From NCBI GenBank assembly GCA_026914245.1, contig CP110439.1, positions 8,370,001 to 8,434,000 on the forward strand: DNA of 64,000 bases, written 5' to 3'. The first letter of the stretch is position 1. Every line of letters begins with the position of its first letter. The translations under genes and the position numbers were made by a program. Below are positions 62,501 to 64,000 of this stretch, one piece after another. The notes beneath the pieces were generated by a model. That model was not told the DNA's origin, searched no databases, and saw nothing but the letters and a program-made list of their open reading frames with translations. This stretch comes from Puccinia triticina. Taxonomy: Eukaryota.

Positions 62501-64000
62501 CTAGATCCCTACAGAAACACTGCATTGGACCAATTCGGCTGCAGTGGGATCGCCCTTGGAATTGGGTCTTCTTTGGATTTGGCCCCTATTCTCACCGACC
62601 CCTCTCATCCTGACCAGATTGGTTCTTCGAATGAAAACTATTATCCCACCGTTGCATTTTCGGCCTTGCTGTCAATTCTTCAAGACTCGAGTTTGTCGCA
62701 TCATCACGCCGCTGTCGTACAGGCCATCATTTACATATTCCGATCGCTCAGATTGAAGTGTGTAGGATTTCTTCCCAAAGTGATTCCAGCATATCTAAGT
62801 GCTATGCGTCTCTGCAATGTGGCTTTACAGGAATATTACTTTCAGCAACTTGGTTATTTGATTCAGATGGTCAAGCATCACATCAGGAATCATCTCCCGT
62901 CCATTGTCACCCTGATCCACGAGTTTTGGAGCATGAATAACACATCGAGTAGCACCGGCGGTGGCACCGTGGCTGGGGGATCTGGAACAGGCGGTAATGT
63001 GAGCGGAGGGGTTGGCGTTTCCGCAACCGGCGGGCTGAATGAAAACGGTATCGTCACCGCCACCCGACCAAGCGGCTCGACACTTTTGACGGTCATCGTA
63101 GATCTGATCGAGTCTATAGCACTAGCGCTAGAAAGTGAATTCCGGACGTACCTCCCTTCATTCCTACCGCTTCTCATCGATTCGTTTGATTACAGCAACA
63201 CAGTCGCAGCATCCGGAAGTCTAAGCTCAGGAACGGCAAGTGGAGCGTCAGAATCGTCAAGTAGCTTTCTGGAGAAGAAATATCAAACTCTTAATCACAT
63301 CCTGAAAGCGTTTCAGACATTCGGCAACAACTTGGAAGATTATATTCAATTAGTTTTGCCTTGCCTGATCAAGACAATCGAAAAACCCGAGTTGCCACTT
63401 AGCTTGAGGAAGAACGCTATCATCACATTGAATGTGTTGAGTATGAAGATCAATTTGATTGATCAAGTTTCGAGAGTCATCCACCCTCTGATCAGAGTGG
63501 TTAACGTTGGTAACAACGAGTTGAGGAGCTTGACGATGGATGCGATATGTAGTATCCTCATTCAGATCGGGCCCGACTTTGTTATCTTTCTGTCGACAGT
63601 CAATCATGTGAGTTTTTACTAATGCTTTGCTAAAGGGATGTACGACTAACTGATGTGTCCCATCGACAAACATGTATAGGCCTTGACTCAAGCACGGTAC
63701 TCACATCCATTATACGAATCGCTGGTTTTGAAACTACTGAAGGGGGAGACCTTGCCAGACCCTAATTTCAACAAACCTCAAGCGAATGTAACAGTCGAGT
63801 CCGACATCGCACCAGATGCCGGAACGACCAAGTTTCAAGTGAATCAACAGAACCTAAAATCTGCTTGGGAAACATCGACAGTCAAGAAGCCGAAATCTGA
63901 GGATTGGAAAGAGTGGATCAAGCGGCTTTCCGTCCAATTATTACAATCTTCCCCAAGTCACTGTCTGAGGGCTTGCGCCAATCTATCAAGTGTCTACCCG
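59553..64000 (+). CDS. TOR: TOR serine/threonine kinase, N-terminal HEAT-repeat region (runs off the window end)
   Basis: IEWLQGERKEERRHAAALLLRE, AMRDPKVVIRE, IHGSLL, ALKTFGTFNFKG, NPAYIVPNLRKTLIQLLTDL, LGILGALDPY, VNQQNLKSAW...EDWKEWIKRLSVQLLQSSPSHCLRAC. Confidence 0.93.

Overview
Eukaryotic, intron-rich fungal DNA, most likely from a rust fungus (Pucciniales, probably Puccinia). This is inferred from gene style and repeat content. Supported genes: an MFS sugar porter (STL1-like), a formin-type GTPase-binding-domain protein, DGAT2/DGA1, a conserved RS/RE-rich protein, a small Zn2Cys6 protein, DCP2, two tandem intronless phytochelatin synthases (PCS), RPS12, a division-1 chitin synthase and the 5' part of TOR. 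Between the genes are nested DNA transposons: a near-intact hAT, non-autonomous hAT and CACTA-like elements, MITEs and solo LTRs, many with readable target-site duplications. The standout is the PCS pair. One copy is full-length with a mitochondrial-type leader. The other keeps the Cys-His-Asp triad but has gained a signal-peptide-like N-terminus, lost the four auxiliary cysteines and lost the C-terminal domain. It is a candidate secreted glutathione-processing effector resembling bacterial 'half' PCS. Exon boundaries were read by eye and are approximate.
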